DNA of 64,000 nucleotides. Origin: Bythopirellula sp. GTDB taxonomy: Bacteria; Planctomycetota; Planctomycetia; Pirellulales; Lacipirellulaceae. The DNA is taken from NCBI GenBank assembly GCA_965216565.1, contig OZ244170.1:3680001-3744000 (forward strand), in the 5' to 3' direction. The notes beneath the pieces were generated by a model, which was not told where the DNA came from, did not search any database, and worked only from the letters and a program-made list of their open reading frames with translations. This document shows positions 17,922 through 26,549 of this stretch, in pieces. Each line of letters begins with the position of its first letter. The first letter of the stretch is position 1. The position numbers and the translations under genes are program-made.

Positions 17922-18836
17922 CTAACTTTCCTCAGCCAGGGCCAAACTACGCAGCGCGTCGAGGCAGCTCACCACCGACTCCGGCTTGGTCTCTTGCCAG
18001 CCTTCGCGTCGATGGGCGATGATCGCCAGCTTGAACGACTCGAAGGCCTCCGCCAAATCGTCGGGCAATTCGTCAACATCGATGTTCAGCGGAACTCGCC
18101 GCTCTTGCGCTGGCTTGGTTGCTGTAGCCTCGTCGGCGTCTTCACCGCCGGCATCATGAGAATCGGCCGCAGTGATCTCCGCCGCTTGCGGCTTGGCGGT
18201 CTGGCTCTGAGTTTCAGATGACTGCTCCGCTTTCGGCGTACTAGAGGCTTCGCCTGCTTCCGCTGTGGAAGACGACTGGATAGCATCTGCCGGGGCACTC
18301 GACCCCTCAACCTCATGTACCGCAGCCAGCTCAGCCTGCTGCTCCTCCGGCGGCGTGCCGAGGGTCTCCCAGCGTTTGCCCCGCATTTGCGAGATCGACC
18401 ATTCGTTGCGAATGGATCCCTCGAGCCACATCTCCGCATCGTCCCAATCCAGGGCGGCTTGGAAATGGCTCCAAAAGAGCCCTTCGTACTGATCGTACTC
18501 CTCACCAAAACGCTGGAAAACGCGACGCAGGCGGCCCACGTGCTGGCTAGTGACACCCCCCACGAGTTGGGCCCACGCCTCGTCGGAATATTCCGAGACG
18601 GCAACGCCACTGGTCATCAGCGACTCGCGCCATTCGCAGATGATGCGGCCCTTTTCCCAGTTGGTGGTGCTGACAAGCCGATTCCACTGCCCGACAAACT
18701 TTTCGGCAGCGGCGTCATCGGCAACGACGTCATCCGACTTGGAGGAATCTACTTGTTCGTCGGTTGGCGTTTCTTCGATGGTCGCTGTCGTGGTTGAGTC
18801 TTTCGCCTTGGGGGCACGTCGCTTCTTTTTCGCCAT
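17922..18836 (-). CDS. Hypothetical protein with DUF1016(YhcG)-N-terminal-like domain
   Basis: AAGGAG SD; NWEKGRII..., GLFWSHF, NEWSISQMR pattern; acidic low-complexity linker. Confidence 0.75.
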   Translation of the reverse strand: MAKKKRRAPKAKDSTTTATIEETPTDEQVDSSKSDDVVADDAAAEKFVGQWNRLVSTTNWEKGRIICEWRESLMTSGVAVSEYSDEAWAQLVGGVTSQHVGRLRRVFQRFGEEYDQYEGLFWSHFQAALDWDDAEMWLEGSIRNEWSISQMRGKRWETLGTPPEEQQAELAAVHEVEGSSAPADAIQSSSTAEAGEASSTPKAEQSSETQSQTAKPQAAEITAADSHDAGGEDADEATATKPAQERRVPLNIDVDELPDDLAEAFESFKLAIIAHRREGWQETKPESVVSCLDALRSLALAEES

Positions 18837-19117
18837 CTTGCGGCTCCTTGCCTAGCCAGAGTTTGTATCGTCTGAAGAAGTTGCCAGGGCTGTCCAAATG
18901 ATCAACCAAGGCAGGGCCTAGACTGTAGCAGTGGCGCACTGTCATCGCTAGCATTTTCGAAAGCCAACTGACAAGAAACTCGCCAAAGAATTTGCCGGTG
19001 ACTCGCGCAATCGTTACATGCAGCACGATTCGCGATTGGATGGCGAGGCGATGAGGCTTCGAACCAGGTCTGCGGAGTCGGCAAGTGGTGGATAACCTGT
19101 CGATCTCCGACAGCCGC

Positions 19118-19330
19118 TTACCCGCCGGCGCGTTCGTCGGAGTCGAATTCGCAGTTCTTATGGGCACCGTCGCAGAACGGACGATTGGCCGAAGCACCGC
19201 AGCGACACAGGGCAATCGCAGGTTTGTCGGGACTTATCTCAAACTCATTGCCGTCTGAATCGGTCAGTGTGAAAGGACCCTCAACAACAAACGGGCCATG
19301 GGGACGCATGCGAATTTTGACTTCTGCCAT
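19118..19330 (-). CDS. CDGSH iron-sulfur domain protein
   Basis: HGPFVVEG...ALCRCGASANRPFCDGAH. Confidence 0.92.
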   Translation of the reverse strand: MAEVKIRMRPHGPFVVEGPFTLTDSDGNEFEISPDKPAIALCRCGASANRPFCDGAHKNCEFDSDERAGG

Positions 19331-19475
19331 CGATTCAATCACCTTTCAAAGAATGAGATAAAACCTGAATGAGCGAAGTATATCCGAACCATGTATTGCC
19401 GAATAGTTTCAAGTTTAGGAGATGGGGGGAGATTCGAGATAAGTAGGGATGGCGTAAGAAACGCCACTACTACCA

Positions 19476-19534
19476 TGTCATTTCGAGCGAAGCGAGAAAT
19501 CTGGCCAGATCCCTCGGCAGACCTCGGGATGACT
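19476..19534. repeat. Family C imperfect palindrome
   Basis: TGTCATTTCGAGCGAAGCGAGAAATCT-GGCC-AGATCCCTCGGCAGACCTCGGGATGAC; each arm also forms a small hairpin. Confidence 0.7.
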
Positions 19535-19592
19535 AGTTAGCGTATTGGGCTGAAAAGCCAGTTGCTATTGATGAGCCGAAGTCGCTTACAGC

Positions 19593-20747
19593 TCATTCCC
19601 CAGCAGGCAGCAGGACAAACAGCACGCGGAGGTTGCCGCGATTGGCATCCAGCCTGGGGTCGGCGGTTGCGTCTACAGCGCTCTCGTCTTCGGCAGAATC
19701 AGAGGCGGCGAACTCTGCAGCAGAAGGTACCGCTGCTTCCGTTCCACGGCCTAAGTAGAGAGCCCACGCATTACTAGTCGAACCCTGAAGCGAAAGCCAA
19801 CTGCCCAACGATTCGAGCGCGCCATCTTCGGCAGCAAAGAAAGACAGTGCCGGGGCCGCGTCGCTTTGACGACGGATGTTGACCGTTGTCCAATCGGAAT
19901 CATCGCTCTGGCAGTGAAGTAGAATCTTGCGAATCTGCAGCAAAGGGGCGTCCACTAAGATCATTTGAGCGCGGTAGCCCTCGGAGGACGTTGTCGATGC
20001 CGGCGAATTCATTTGCGTAATGCCAGAATCCTCGAGCAACTGGGCAAAGGCGCCTTCCTGAGCAGCACCCGCTTTAGGTTTCAGGTGCACATGCAAATGT
20101 TCGAGCGGTGCGTCGCCCAATAACTGATCGCCGATCAACTCGACACTGGGCGAAGGAATCGTACTGAATTCCGACTCTGTCACTTCGTTCTTGTTTTGCC
20201 GCGACGAGAACATGGCTCCCAGACCGCCCATCCCGGCAATCTGCGTGTTCTCAGAATTAGCGCCACGAATGATGGTGTCCGGAGCACCTGCCTTGGCGTT
20301 GTCACCTGACATTGCCACCTGGTCGCCCGCGGGATTCTCGCCACCCTGGTAGAACATTAATAGCAAAGCCGCCGCGATGGCAGCTGCAGCGTAGACAATC
20401 CGTCGGCCCGATCCATGGTCGTTAGCCTCGTAGATGTCTGTGTTGTAGTCCAGGCTGTCCTCCAACGTTGAGCTTCGTGGTTCAACCTGGCTCCACGGCT
20501 GAACCTGAGCGCGCTGCAGCACTAGCTCGCGCAGATCGATGCCCAATGTGTGCGGAGGCAAGCTACGCACTGCCTCGGAAGCAGATCGCAATTGATCGAG
20601 CATTTCTCGCGCTTGCTCATCTTCCAACAGACGCGTTTCGACCTCACTATGCTCCTCAGCGGTCAACTCGCCATCGAGGTACGCACTTAGTAGCTCGCCA
20701 TTCAAGGGTTCTTTGCTCATTGGAGATTGGTCTTCAGATTCGGCCAT
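19593..20747 (-). CDS. Transmembrane anti-sigma factor
   Basis: ELLSAYLDGELTAEEHSEVETRL N-domain; TM YAAAAIAAALLLMF; downstream of an ECF sigma. Confidence 0.8.
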   Translation of the reverse strand: MAESEDQSPMSKEPLNGELLSAYLDGELTAEEHSEVETRLLEDEQAREMLDQLRSASEAVRSLPPHTLGIDLRELVLQRAQVQPWSQVEPRSSTLEDSLDYNTDIYEANDHGSGRRIVYAAAAIAAALLLMFYQGGENPAGDQVAMSGDNAKAGAPDTIIRGANSENTQIAGMGGLGAMFSSRQNKNEVTESEFSTIPSPSVELIGDQLLGDAPLEHLHVHLKPKAGAAQEGAFAQLLEDSGITQMNSPASTTSSEGYRAQMILVDAPLLQIRKILLHCQSDDSDWTTVNIRRQSDAAPALSFFAAEDGALESLGSWLSLQGSTSNAWALYLGRGTEAAVPSAAEFAASDSAEDESAVDATADPRLDANRGNLRVLFVLLPAGE

Positions 20748-20786
20748 GGTGTTCTCGAAATCCTAATTCAAGTTCCTATCCCAATT

Positions 20787-20828
20787 TCCCCTCCCCCGTC
20801 TTCGAGGGGAGGGGTTAGGGAAGGGGGT
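20787..20828. repeat. Single copy of family A hairpin repeat
   Basis: TCCCCTCCCCCGTCTTCGAGGGGAGGGGTTAGGGAAGGGGGT. Confidence 0.85.
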
Positions 20829-20829
20829 T

Positions 20830-21429
20830 TCATCCAGTCACGTCTTCATCCTGCAACATCGCTTGTAATTGGTCTTTCAATTGCACACGCGCACGAAACA
20901 AGCGACTTCGGACAGTGCCTACCGGTACGTCCAGGATGTCGCCGATTTCTTCGTACGAGCAGCTTTCCATTTCACGCAGTACCAGAATCTGTCGATGCTC
21001 TTCGCCAAGTTCTAGTAGCGCCTGCTGTACCAATTGTGCACGCTCTTTCTGTTCTAAATCCTGTTCCGGCCCTTGGAGTTCGTCGATCGGCTCTTCGCCT
21101 AGCTGATCCTTCGCGGCATCGACCGAAACTACAGGCCGTTTCTTGCGACGCTGGCTCAAAGAGAGATTGATCGCAATGCGGTACAGCCATGTGTAAAATC
21201 GGGCGTCGCCTCGAAAGGTATCGAGCTTCACCAGCGCCTGCACAAACGCGTCTTGTGCCAAATCGCTGGCATCGTGTCTCGATCCGGTAAACCGGACCAA
21301 GGTATTAAACAACCTGTCTTGGTATTTTTGCACCAGTAGCCCGAACGACTGCGTGTCGCCGCTAAGGGTCGCCTGAACCAGTTCGGCGTCGTCCAATGGA
21401 GTTTCGTCCGGGGGGGGTTCGTGGCTCAC
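20830..21429 (-). CDS. ECF RNA polymerase sigma-70 factor (SigE/SigW-like)
   Basis: DASDLAQDAFV, FYTWLYRIAIN, SYEEIGDILDVPVGTVRSRLFRAR; start GTG 21429 or TTG 21396. Confidence 0.95.
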   Translation of the reverse strand: MSHEPPPDETPLDDAELVQATLSGDTQSFGLLVQKYQDRLFNTLVRFTGSRHDASDLAQDAFVQALVKLDTFRGDARFYTWLYRIAINLSLSQRRKKRPVVSVDAAKDQLGEEPIDELQGPEQDLEQKERAQLVQQALLELGEEHRQILVLREMESCSYEEIGDILDVPVGTVRSRLFRARVQLKDQLQAMLQDEDVTG

Positions 21430-21454
21430 TTTTCGCTCGGGTATCGGAGGGTTG

Positions 21455-21480
21455 GACGCGCACACAGGCGGAAGAGTTCC
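21455..21480 (-). promoter_or_regulatory. ECF-type autoregulatory promoter
   Basis: Minus strand GGAAC-N17-CGTC immediately upstream of the sigma gene. Confidence 0.7.
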
Positions 21481-21545
21481 CACATTTTACCGGCTGAAAG
21501 GGGGCGTCTTGGGGCTTTTTATCGCAATTCTGCTACTATTTGAGC

Positions 21546-22751
21546 ATGGATCCCCTCAATTGGATAGATGACGGCCTCCGGCAACTCCGCCAGCAGGACC
21601 TACTGCGGACGCTTCCCCCGGCGATTGGCGCCGCTGGAGTTGTGGCGGTGGACGAGGGTCAGCGGTATCTAAACTTTGCCTCCAACGACTATCTGGGCTT
21701 GGCGGCCGACCCTCGGCTGGTCGACGCCGCCGTCAATGCCTCGAAATCTACGGGCGTCGGCCGCGGCGCCAGTCCCTTAATCTGCGGTCGCGCCACCTGG
21801 CACGAACGGCTGGAACAGCGGCTGGCAGAATTCGAGCAGACCGAAGCCGCCCTGCTGTTCCCTTCCGGCTTTGCCGCCAATACGGGCGTGATCCCAGCAC
21901 TGGTCGACAAAGACGATGCTGTCTACAGCGATGCTTACAACCACGCGAGCATCGTCGATGGTTGTCGGCTGTCGAGGGCGCAGCGATTTGTCTATCCGCA
22001 TAACGACACCGATGCCCTGGAAAAACTACTGCGTGAGGGCCACAGCTTCCGGCGTCGCCTGATCGTGACCGATACCCTGTTCAGCATGGACGGAGATTTC
22101 GCCACGCTGAGTCAACTGGGCGAGCTGGCTGAAAAATACCAGGCAATGCTGATGGTCGACGAAGCGCACGCCACCGGGGTTTTTGGCGAGCACGGCCGTG
22201 GATTGGTTGAACACTTTGCCGATAGCCACCCTCGGCTGCACGAGCAGGTTCAAGTCCGCGTGGGTACATTGAGCAAATCGCTCGGCTCAGCCGGTGGCTT
22301 CGTTTGTGGAAGCCAGTCTCTGGTGGACTGGCTGGCCAATCGAGCCCGATCTTACGTCTTCTCCACGGCCCACCCCGCGGCAGCCAGCGCCGCAGCACTT
22401 ACGGCATTAGAAATAGTGGAGAGTGAACCCGAGCGACGGCAAAGGTTGCTAGAAACAGCCCAGCGCGTCCGCTTGGAGCTTCGCGAGCAAGGTTGGACAC
22501 TGGGAACAACCACCAGCCAAATCGTGACAATACGCATCGGTTCCGCAGCAAAAACCATGAAGCTGGCGGCGGCACTTCGAGATCGAAACATCTGGGTGGG
22601 AGGAATCCGACCACCGTCAGTGGCGGAGAACGAGTCGCTCCTGCGAATCGGCCTTTCTGCAGCGCACAGCGACGAGATGATTGAGCAATTGCTCGCAACG
22701 CTGGGTGAGTCCCGCAGTTTGGTCCTGGAATCAGTTCCTCTTCAAATGTAG
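21546..22751 (+). CDS. bioF: 8-amino-7-oxononanoate synthase
   Basis: NFASNDYLGL, FPSGFAAN, NHASIVDG, FSMDGD, VDEAHATG, GTLSKSLGSAGG, IRPPSV. Confidence 0.95.
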   Translation: MDPLNWIDDGLRQLRQQDLLRTLPPAIGAAGVVAVDEGQRYLNFASNDYLGLAADPRLVDAAVNASKSTGVGRGASPLICGRATWHERLEQRLAEFEQTEAALLFPSGFAANTGVIPALVDKDDAVYSDAYNHASIVDGCRLSRAQRFVYPHNDTDALEKLLREGHSFRRRLIVTDTLFSMDGDFATLSQLGELAEKYQAMLMVDEAHATGVFGEHGRGLVEHFADSHPRLHEQVQVRVGTLSKSLGSAGGFVCGSQSLVDWLANRARSYVFSTAHPAAASAAALTALEIVESEPERRQRLLETAQRVRLELREQGWTLGTTTSQIVTIRIGSAAKTMKLAAALRDRNIWVGGIRPPSVAENESLLRIGLSAAHSDEMIEQLLATLGESRSLVLESVPLQM

Positions 22752-22806
22752 CTGGATTCGCAAGAATTCAGATCACACGAGTCTGAATTCTTGCGAATTC
22801 AGCGAC
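22748..22806. repeat. GTAG-type REP doublet (REPIN-like), family D copy 1
   Basis: GTAGCTGGATTCGCAAGAATTCAG-11 nt-CTGAATTCTTGCGAATTCAGCGAC; supplies the bioF TAG stop. Confidence 0.85.
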
Positions 22807-23028
22807 GGGTTGCCCAGCAATCGATCGTCGCCCCTAAGTGCAGATCAATCGCAATGTGACGGTTCTGCGGGGTCAAAATCGCCAGCAACGCGGCCCTATT
22901 CTGAGAGTATTCGGTAATCGTAAGCCATAGGCCAGCAAAAACTTGACGCTGCCCAGGTGCCCACTTACGATCGAAAATAGAGGAACTTCCCACCACCTGA
23001 AACACTTTCGTGTGGTCGGTGATAGGCT

Positions 23029-23089
23029 GTAGCTGAATACGCAAGTATTCAGAACACAAATTCGGCTGAATTCTTGCGAATCCAGCTAC
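23029..23089. repeat. GTAG-type REP doublet (REPIN-like), family D copy 2
   Basis: GTAGCTGAATACGCAAGTATTCAG-13 nt-CTGAATTCTTGCGAATCCAGCTAC. Confidence 0.85.
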
Positions 23090-23108
23090 GTTCTACAAGG
23101 AACATCGC

Positions 23109-24290
23109 TTGGCACTCGTTTTCCAAATCGTATTGGCTCTCGCCCTGGTCACGGCCTTGGTGAGCATCGTGCTTAGCACCAAAATCTGGCATTGGACCCA
23201 GGTGGTGTTGGTGACGTTCATCTTGCTATTTGGCATCACCGCAATGTTCCTAGGTGCTGAGGTCTTTCGCATTCATCGCAATCTGCGCGCTGGCATTCCG
23301 AATTTCGAACAAAGACTTGAGGCCGAAGCTAAAAAGACAGAGCGTCTGCTCAACGGCGCGGGTGAGGACCTTGGCATACGAGAACTCGAGCACGAATTGC
23401 AGCTCGTCACCCGGCAACGCGGTCGCGTTTGGCGACAAGTGCAACCTGTGGGCCAGGTCAGCGATCAAGGCGAGGTGACCGTAGCGGTTCCCCAACCGGT
23501 GCCTCACGGACTCGATACCGATTCGATCGTCTACGCTTTCGAGTCGGGCAACCCCATCGAAGGGGCCCAGTATCTGGGTGAGTTCCGCGTCACTGGTTCT
23601 ACGGCCGAGGGCGTGACGTTAGAACCCGTCACACTCATTGATCAACGAACCGGCGAGCGACTCGCGAATAGCGGCGGGCCCTGGACCTTGTTTGAAACCA
23701 TGCCCTCCGATCGCCACAATTTGTACGAAGACCTCAGTGAGGAACAACTTCGCGAGCTACTGCCCGAATCGACAGTCGCTGAGTTCATCCATCATGGAGA
23801 AGAGGCCGACAACGATGATGATCCTTGGAACGTGATTAGCTTGGATGCATCAGGCAATCGGGTTGACCCAGACTCAGCAGATGCAGTGGCGAAAAAGCTC
23901 TATGATCGACCATTGCGAGACTACGCCTATCTATTCGAAGAACTAGCCCGGGAACGTGTAGAAGCACGGGCGCAAATCCAAGCCATCCAAGGCGACATCG
24001 CTAAGCTAGAAGAAACCTTAGCCAGCGCTGAAAAGCTCAGCCAATTTCGCCAGGAGCAGATTGACGCCCTGTCGAGCGATGTCGAGGGAATGCGCAGCGA
24101 TCGTGAAAAAATTGAGTCGCTACGCGATCGGGTTCAACAGGGATTGTCCAACGCCCTGAAACGAATTGAAAGTCTTCTGGCAGAAAACCTCTCTTTGGCC
24201 CGCCAACTCAAGCGGCAGCAGCTACAATCGATCGAAGAGATCGACTCGCGTGCTCCTTCGCCCCGCGACCTAGGTATTCTTAGCCCCTAG
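23109..24290 (+). CDS. Hypothetical membrane-anchored coiled-coil protein
   Basis: AAGGA SD before TTG; two N-terminal TM helices, central beta-rich part, long C-terminal coiled coil. Confidence 0.8.
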   Translation: MALVFQIVLALALVTALVSIVLSTKIWHWTQVVLVTFILLFGITAMFLGAEVFRIHRNLRAGIPNFEQRLEAEAKKTERLLNGAGEDLGIRELEHELQLVTRQRGRVWRQVQPVGQVSDQGEVTVAVPQPVPHGLDTDSIVYAFESGNPIEGAQYLGEFRVTGSTAEGVTLEPVTLIDQRTGERLANSGGPWTLFETMPSDRHNLYEDLSEEQLRELLPESTVAEFIHHGEEADNDDDPWNVISLDASGNRVDPDSADAVAKKLYDRPLRDYAYLFEELARERVEARAQIQAIQGDIAKLEETLASAEKLSQFRQEQIDALSSDVEGMRSDREKIESLRDRVQQGLSNALKRIESLLAENLSLARQLKRQQLQSIEEIDSRAPSPRDLGILSP

Positions 24291-24501
24291 CCGGAGTAGA
24301 ATTACCGGGGCTAGAATTCCGCTGGACCCGGTTTCGCTATTCCTCTAGTGCAGTAGTGGGCCGTCCAATACCGCAGCGAGAGCGGTGCTAGCAGGACATT
24401 CCACTTCCTGGAACCCTTCGTGCGATGTATCTTTCTTGACCCTTGCCTAGGCATGGCGATAAACCACCCACTACCGACAACCGACCACTGACCAACTCCC
24501 C

Positions 24502-25344
24502 ATGGGTTACGACAACCGCGACTACGCCTACGGTGCCCAACCGGGCATTCATCTACAACCGCCCCAGTCGGTGACGATGAAGCTGGTGCTGATTACATTT
24601 GTTGTGTACGGCCTACAGCTTTTCGTGCAGTCGTTTTCCAATTGGTTTGTATTGACCGCCGATTGGTTTGTGCAACCTTGGCGTTTCTACACGCTGCTCA
24701 GTTACGGCTTTCTGCACGACGAGCAAGGCGTGCAGCATATTCTGTTCAACATGCTGATGCTGTGGATGTTCGGACGCGAGCTAGAAACCCTTTACGGCCG
24801 GCGGGAATATCTGCTGTTCTACCTCTGGGCAATCGTTTTCGCAGGACTGTTCTGGTCAATCAGCGAAGCATCCGTGGGCCGAGGCCAAGCGGCTATGCTC
24901 GGCGCATCGGGCGGAATCAGCGCTCTCTTTGTGCTATTTGCACTCAATTATCCACATCGTCAGGTGCTCTTCATGTTCGTGATTCCCATGCCGATGTGGG
25001 TTGTCGCACTGATGTTTGTGGGGCATGACATCTATGGTTCGATCTATCGAACCAGCAATATCGCCTTCACCGCTCACTTAGCGGGAGCTGTTGCGGGGCT
25101 TTACTACTACAAATTCGGATTCTCACCGTTTGCGTGGATTGCAAACCGGTTCTCGGGCGTAAGGCCCAAACGGGGACCGAGCTTACGCCTGCATACGCCG
25201 ACTGCTGAAGACGGACCGAATGAGGACGATCGCGAAAACGAAATTCTCAAAAAGATTCACGAGCAGGGCCAGGAAAGCCTCACGCGGAGTGAACGAAAGT
25301 ACCTGGAGAAAAACAGCGAAAAGTATCGACGCAAACGGTCGTAG
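24502..25344 (+). CDS. Rhomboid family intramembrane serine protease
   Basis: PWRFYT, HILFNMLMLW, GASGG (Ser), AHLAG (His). Confidence 0.93.
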   Translation: MGYDNRDYAYGAQPGIHLQPPQSVTMKLVLITFVVYGLQLFVQSFSNWFVLTADWFVQPWRFYTLLSYGFLHDEQGVQHILFNMLMLWMFGRELETLYGRREYLLFYLWAIVFAGLFWSISEASVGRGQAAMLGASGGISALFVLFALNYPHRQVLFMFVIPMPMWVVALMFVGHDIYGSIYRTSNIAFTAHLAGAVAGLYYYKFGFSPFAWIANRFSGVRPKRGPSLRLHTPTAEDGPNEDDRENEILKKIHEQGQESLTRSERKYLEKNSEKYRRKRS

Positions 25345-25352
25345 CACCCCCA

Positions 25353-25422
25353 TAGCCCCCGGCTCCGTCGGGGGATTGTGTTGGCCTGCGTTGTCACGAT
25401 CCCACGGCAGAGCCGTGGGCTA
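25353..25422. repeat. Inverted REP-like doublet, family E
   Basis: TAGCCCCCGGCTCCGTCGGGGGAT ... ATCCCACGGCAGAGCCGTGGGCTA. Confidence 0.75.
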
Positions 25423-25498
25423 GATGAATTGATTGCGTATCAGTGAATTGGTTGCGGATTAGATCGTTAGCTCACTAGATGGAAAGGATTCCAAACTC

Positions 25499-26413
25499 TT
25501 GTCACGCTTGCTGAAAATGTGCTGCTTCGGAGCGATCTTGCTGCTACCGGCACCCATGGCTTGGAGGGCGTGGCGTGAGGATACGCCTCCAACGCGTTCC
25601 CCTCTTCTCGCAACATTGCCCAGGAGCCAGGGCATGGTGCAATTGCCAGCCGGCAGCTTCGCGATGGGTAGTCACAACTCTGGAGAAATGGACCAGGAAC
25701 CGGTCCACGATGTGGCTCTGCGAAGCTTCTGGCTAGACGTGCATCCCGTGACCAATGCGCAGTTCTCCAAATTCGTCGAGAGCACCAACTACGAAACTAC
25801 AGCTGAGGAGCTTGGGTACTCACAAGTCTTCATGCGACGCAACAAGCAATGGCAGAAAGTCACCGGTGCCAACTGGCGACGACCGGAAGGTCCCGACGAC
25901 ACGCTTGTCGGCAAGGAAAATCACCCGGTGGTCCAGGTCTCCTGGTTCGATGCCGCCGCGTATGCCGCGTGGGCAGGAAAGCGGCTACCTACCGAAGCAG
26001 AAATGGAATACGCCGCGCGAGCGGGTCTGAATGATCGCGACTATCCGTGGGACGATCAAACGCCGGCGGCCCAACGTGCCAATGGTTGGCAAGGCTGGTT
26101 CCCCGACGAGAACCACAAACTTGATGGGTTTTCCGGCGTCGCCCCCGTCAGCAGCTTTCCGCCCAACCGGTGGGGGCTCTACGACACCGCGGGCAATGTC
26201 TGGTGCTGGTGCGCAGATTGGTACAGCCCGGAGTACTACGGCGCAGCTTCCTTGCGCGACCCCGTCGGACCGAAAACAGGGTCTGAGCGAGTGCGCCGCG
26301 GCGGCAGTTGGCAGTCGTCAGACAACCACGAAGGCGGCCTCCGCCTCGCCCAACGCGGACATGCCCCACCCGAGCAATCGACCAATCACACCGGTTTTCG
26401 CTGTGCGCATTAG
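25499..26413 (+). CDS. FGE-sulfatase (SUMF1)-domain protein, probably exported
   Basis: FAMGS, VTNAQF, HPVVQVSWFDAAAYA, RLPTEAEMEYAAR, GLYDTAGNVWCWCADW, GFRC. Confidence 0.9.
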   Translation: MSRLLKMCCFGAILLLPAPMAWRAWREDTPPTRSPLLATLPRSQGMVQLPAGSFAMGSHNSGEMDQEPVHDVALRSFWLDVHPVTNAQFSKFVESTNYETTAEELGYSQVFMRRNKQWQKVTGANWRRPEGPDDTLVGKENHPVVQVSWFDAAAYAAWAGKRLPTEAEMEYAARAGLNDRDYPWDDQTPAAQRANGWQGWFPDENHKLDGFSGVAPVSSFPPNRWGLYDTAGNVWCWCADWYSPEYYGAASLRDPVGPKTGSERVRRGGSWQSSDNHEGGLRLAQRGHAPPEQSTNHTGFRCAH

Positions 26414-26549
26414 TGCAATCTTTATCTGTCGGACCACGTGGCGGTCCGACTATCCCCCAAAATAAAGCCCCTGGTCTTGTGAAGATTTTGCGCTAGTGTA
26501 CCGTTAGTGAAACTAACGCTCCACAATGCCAGCTGGTTGGGAATATGCG

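Noticed and set aside
22748..23089. Four 24-nt repeats as a mini CRISPR array
   Set aside because: Alternating orientation, spacers of 11/222/13 nt, no cas genes; fits REP doublets.
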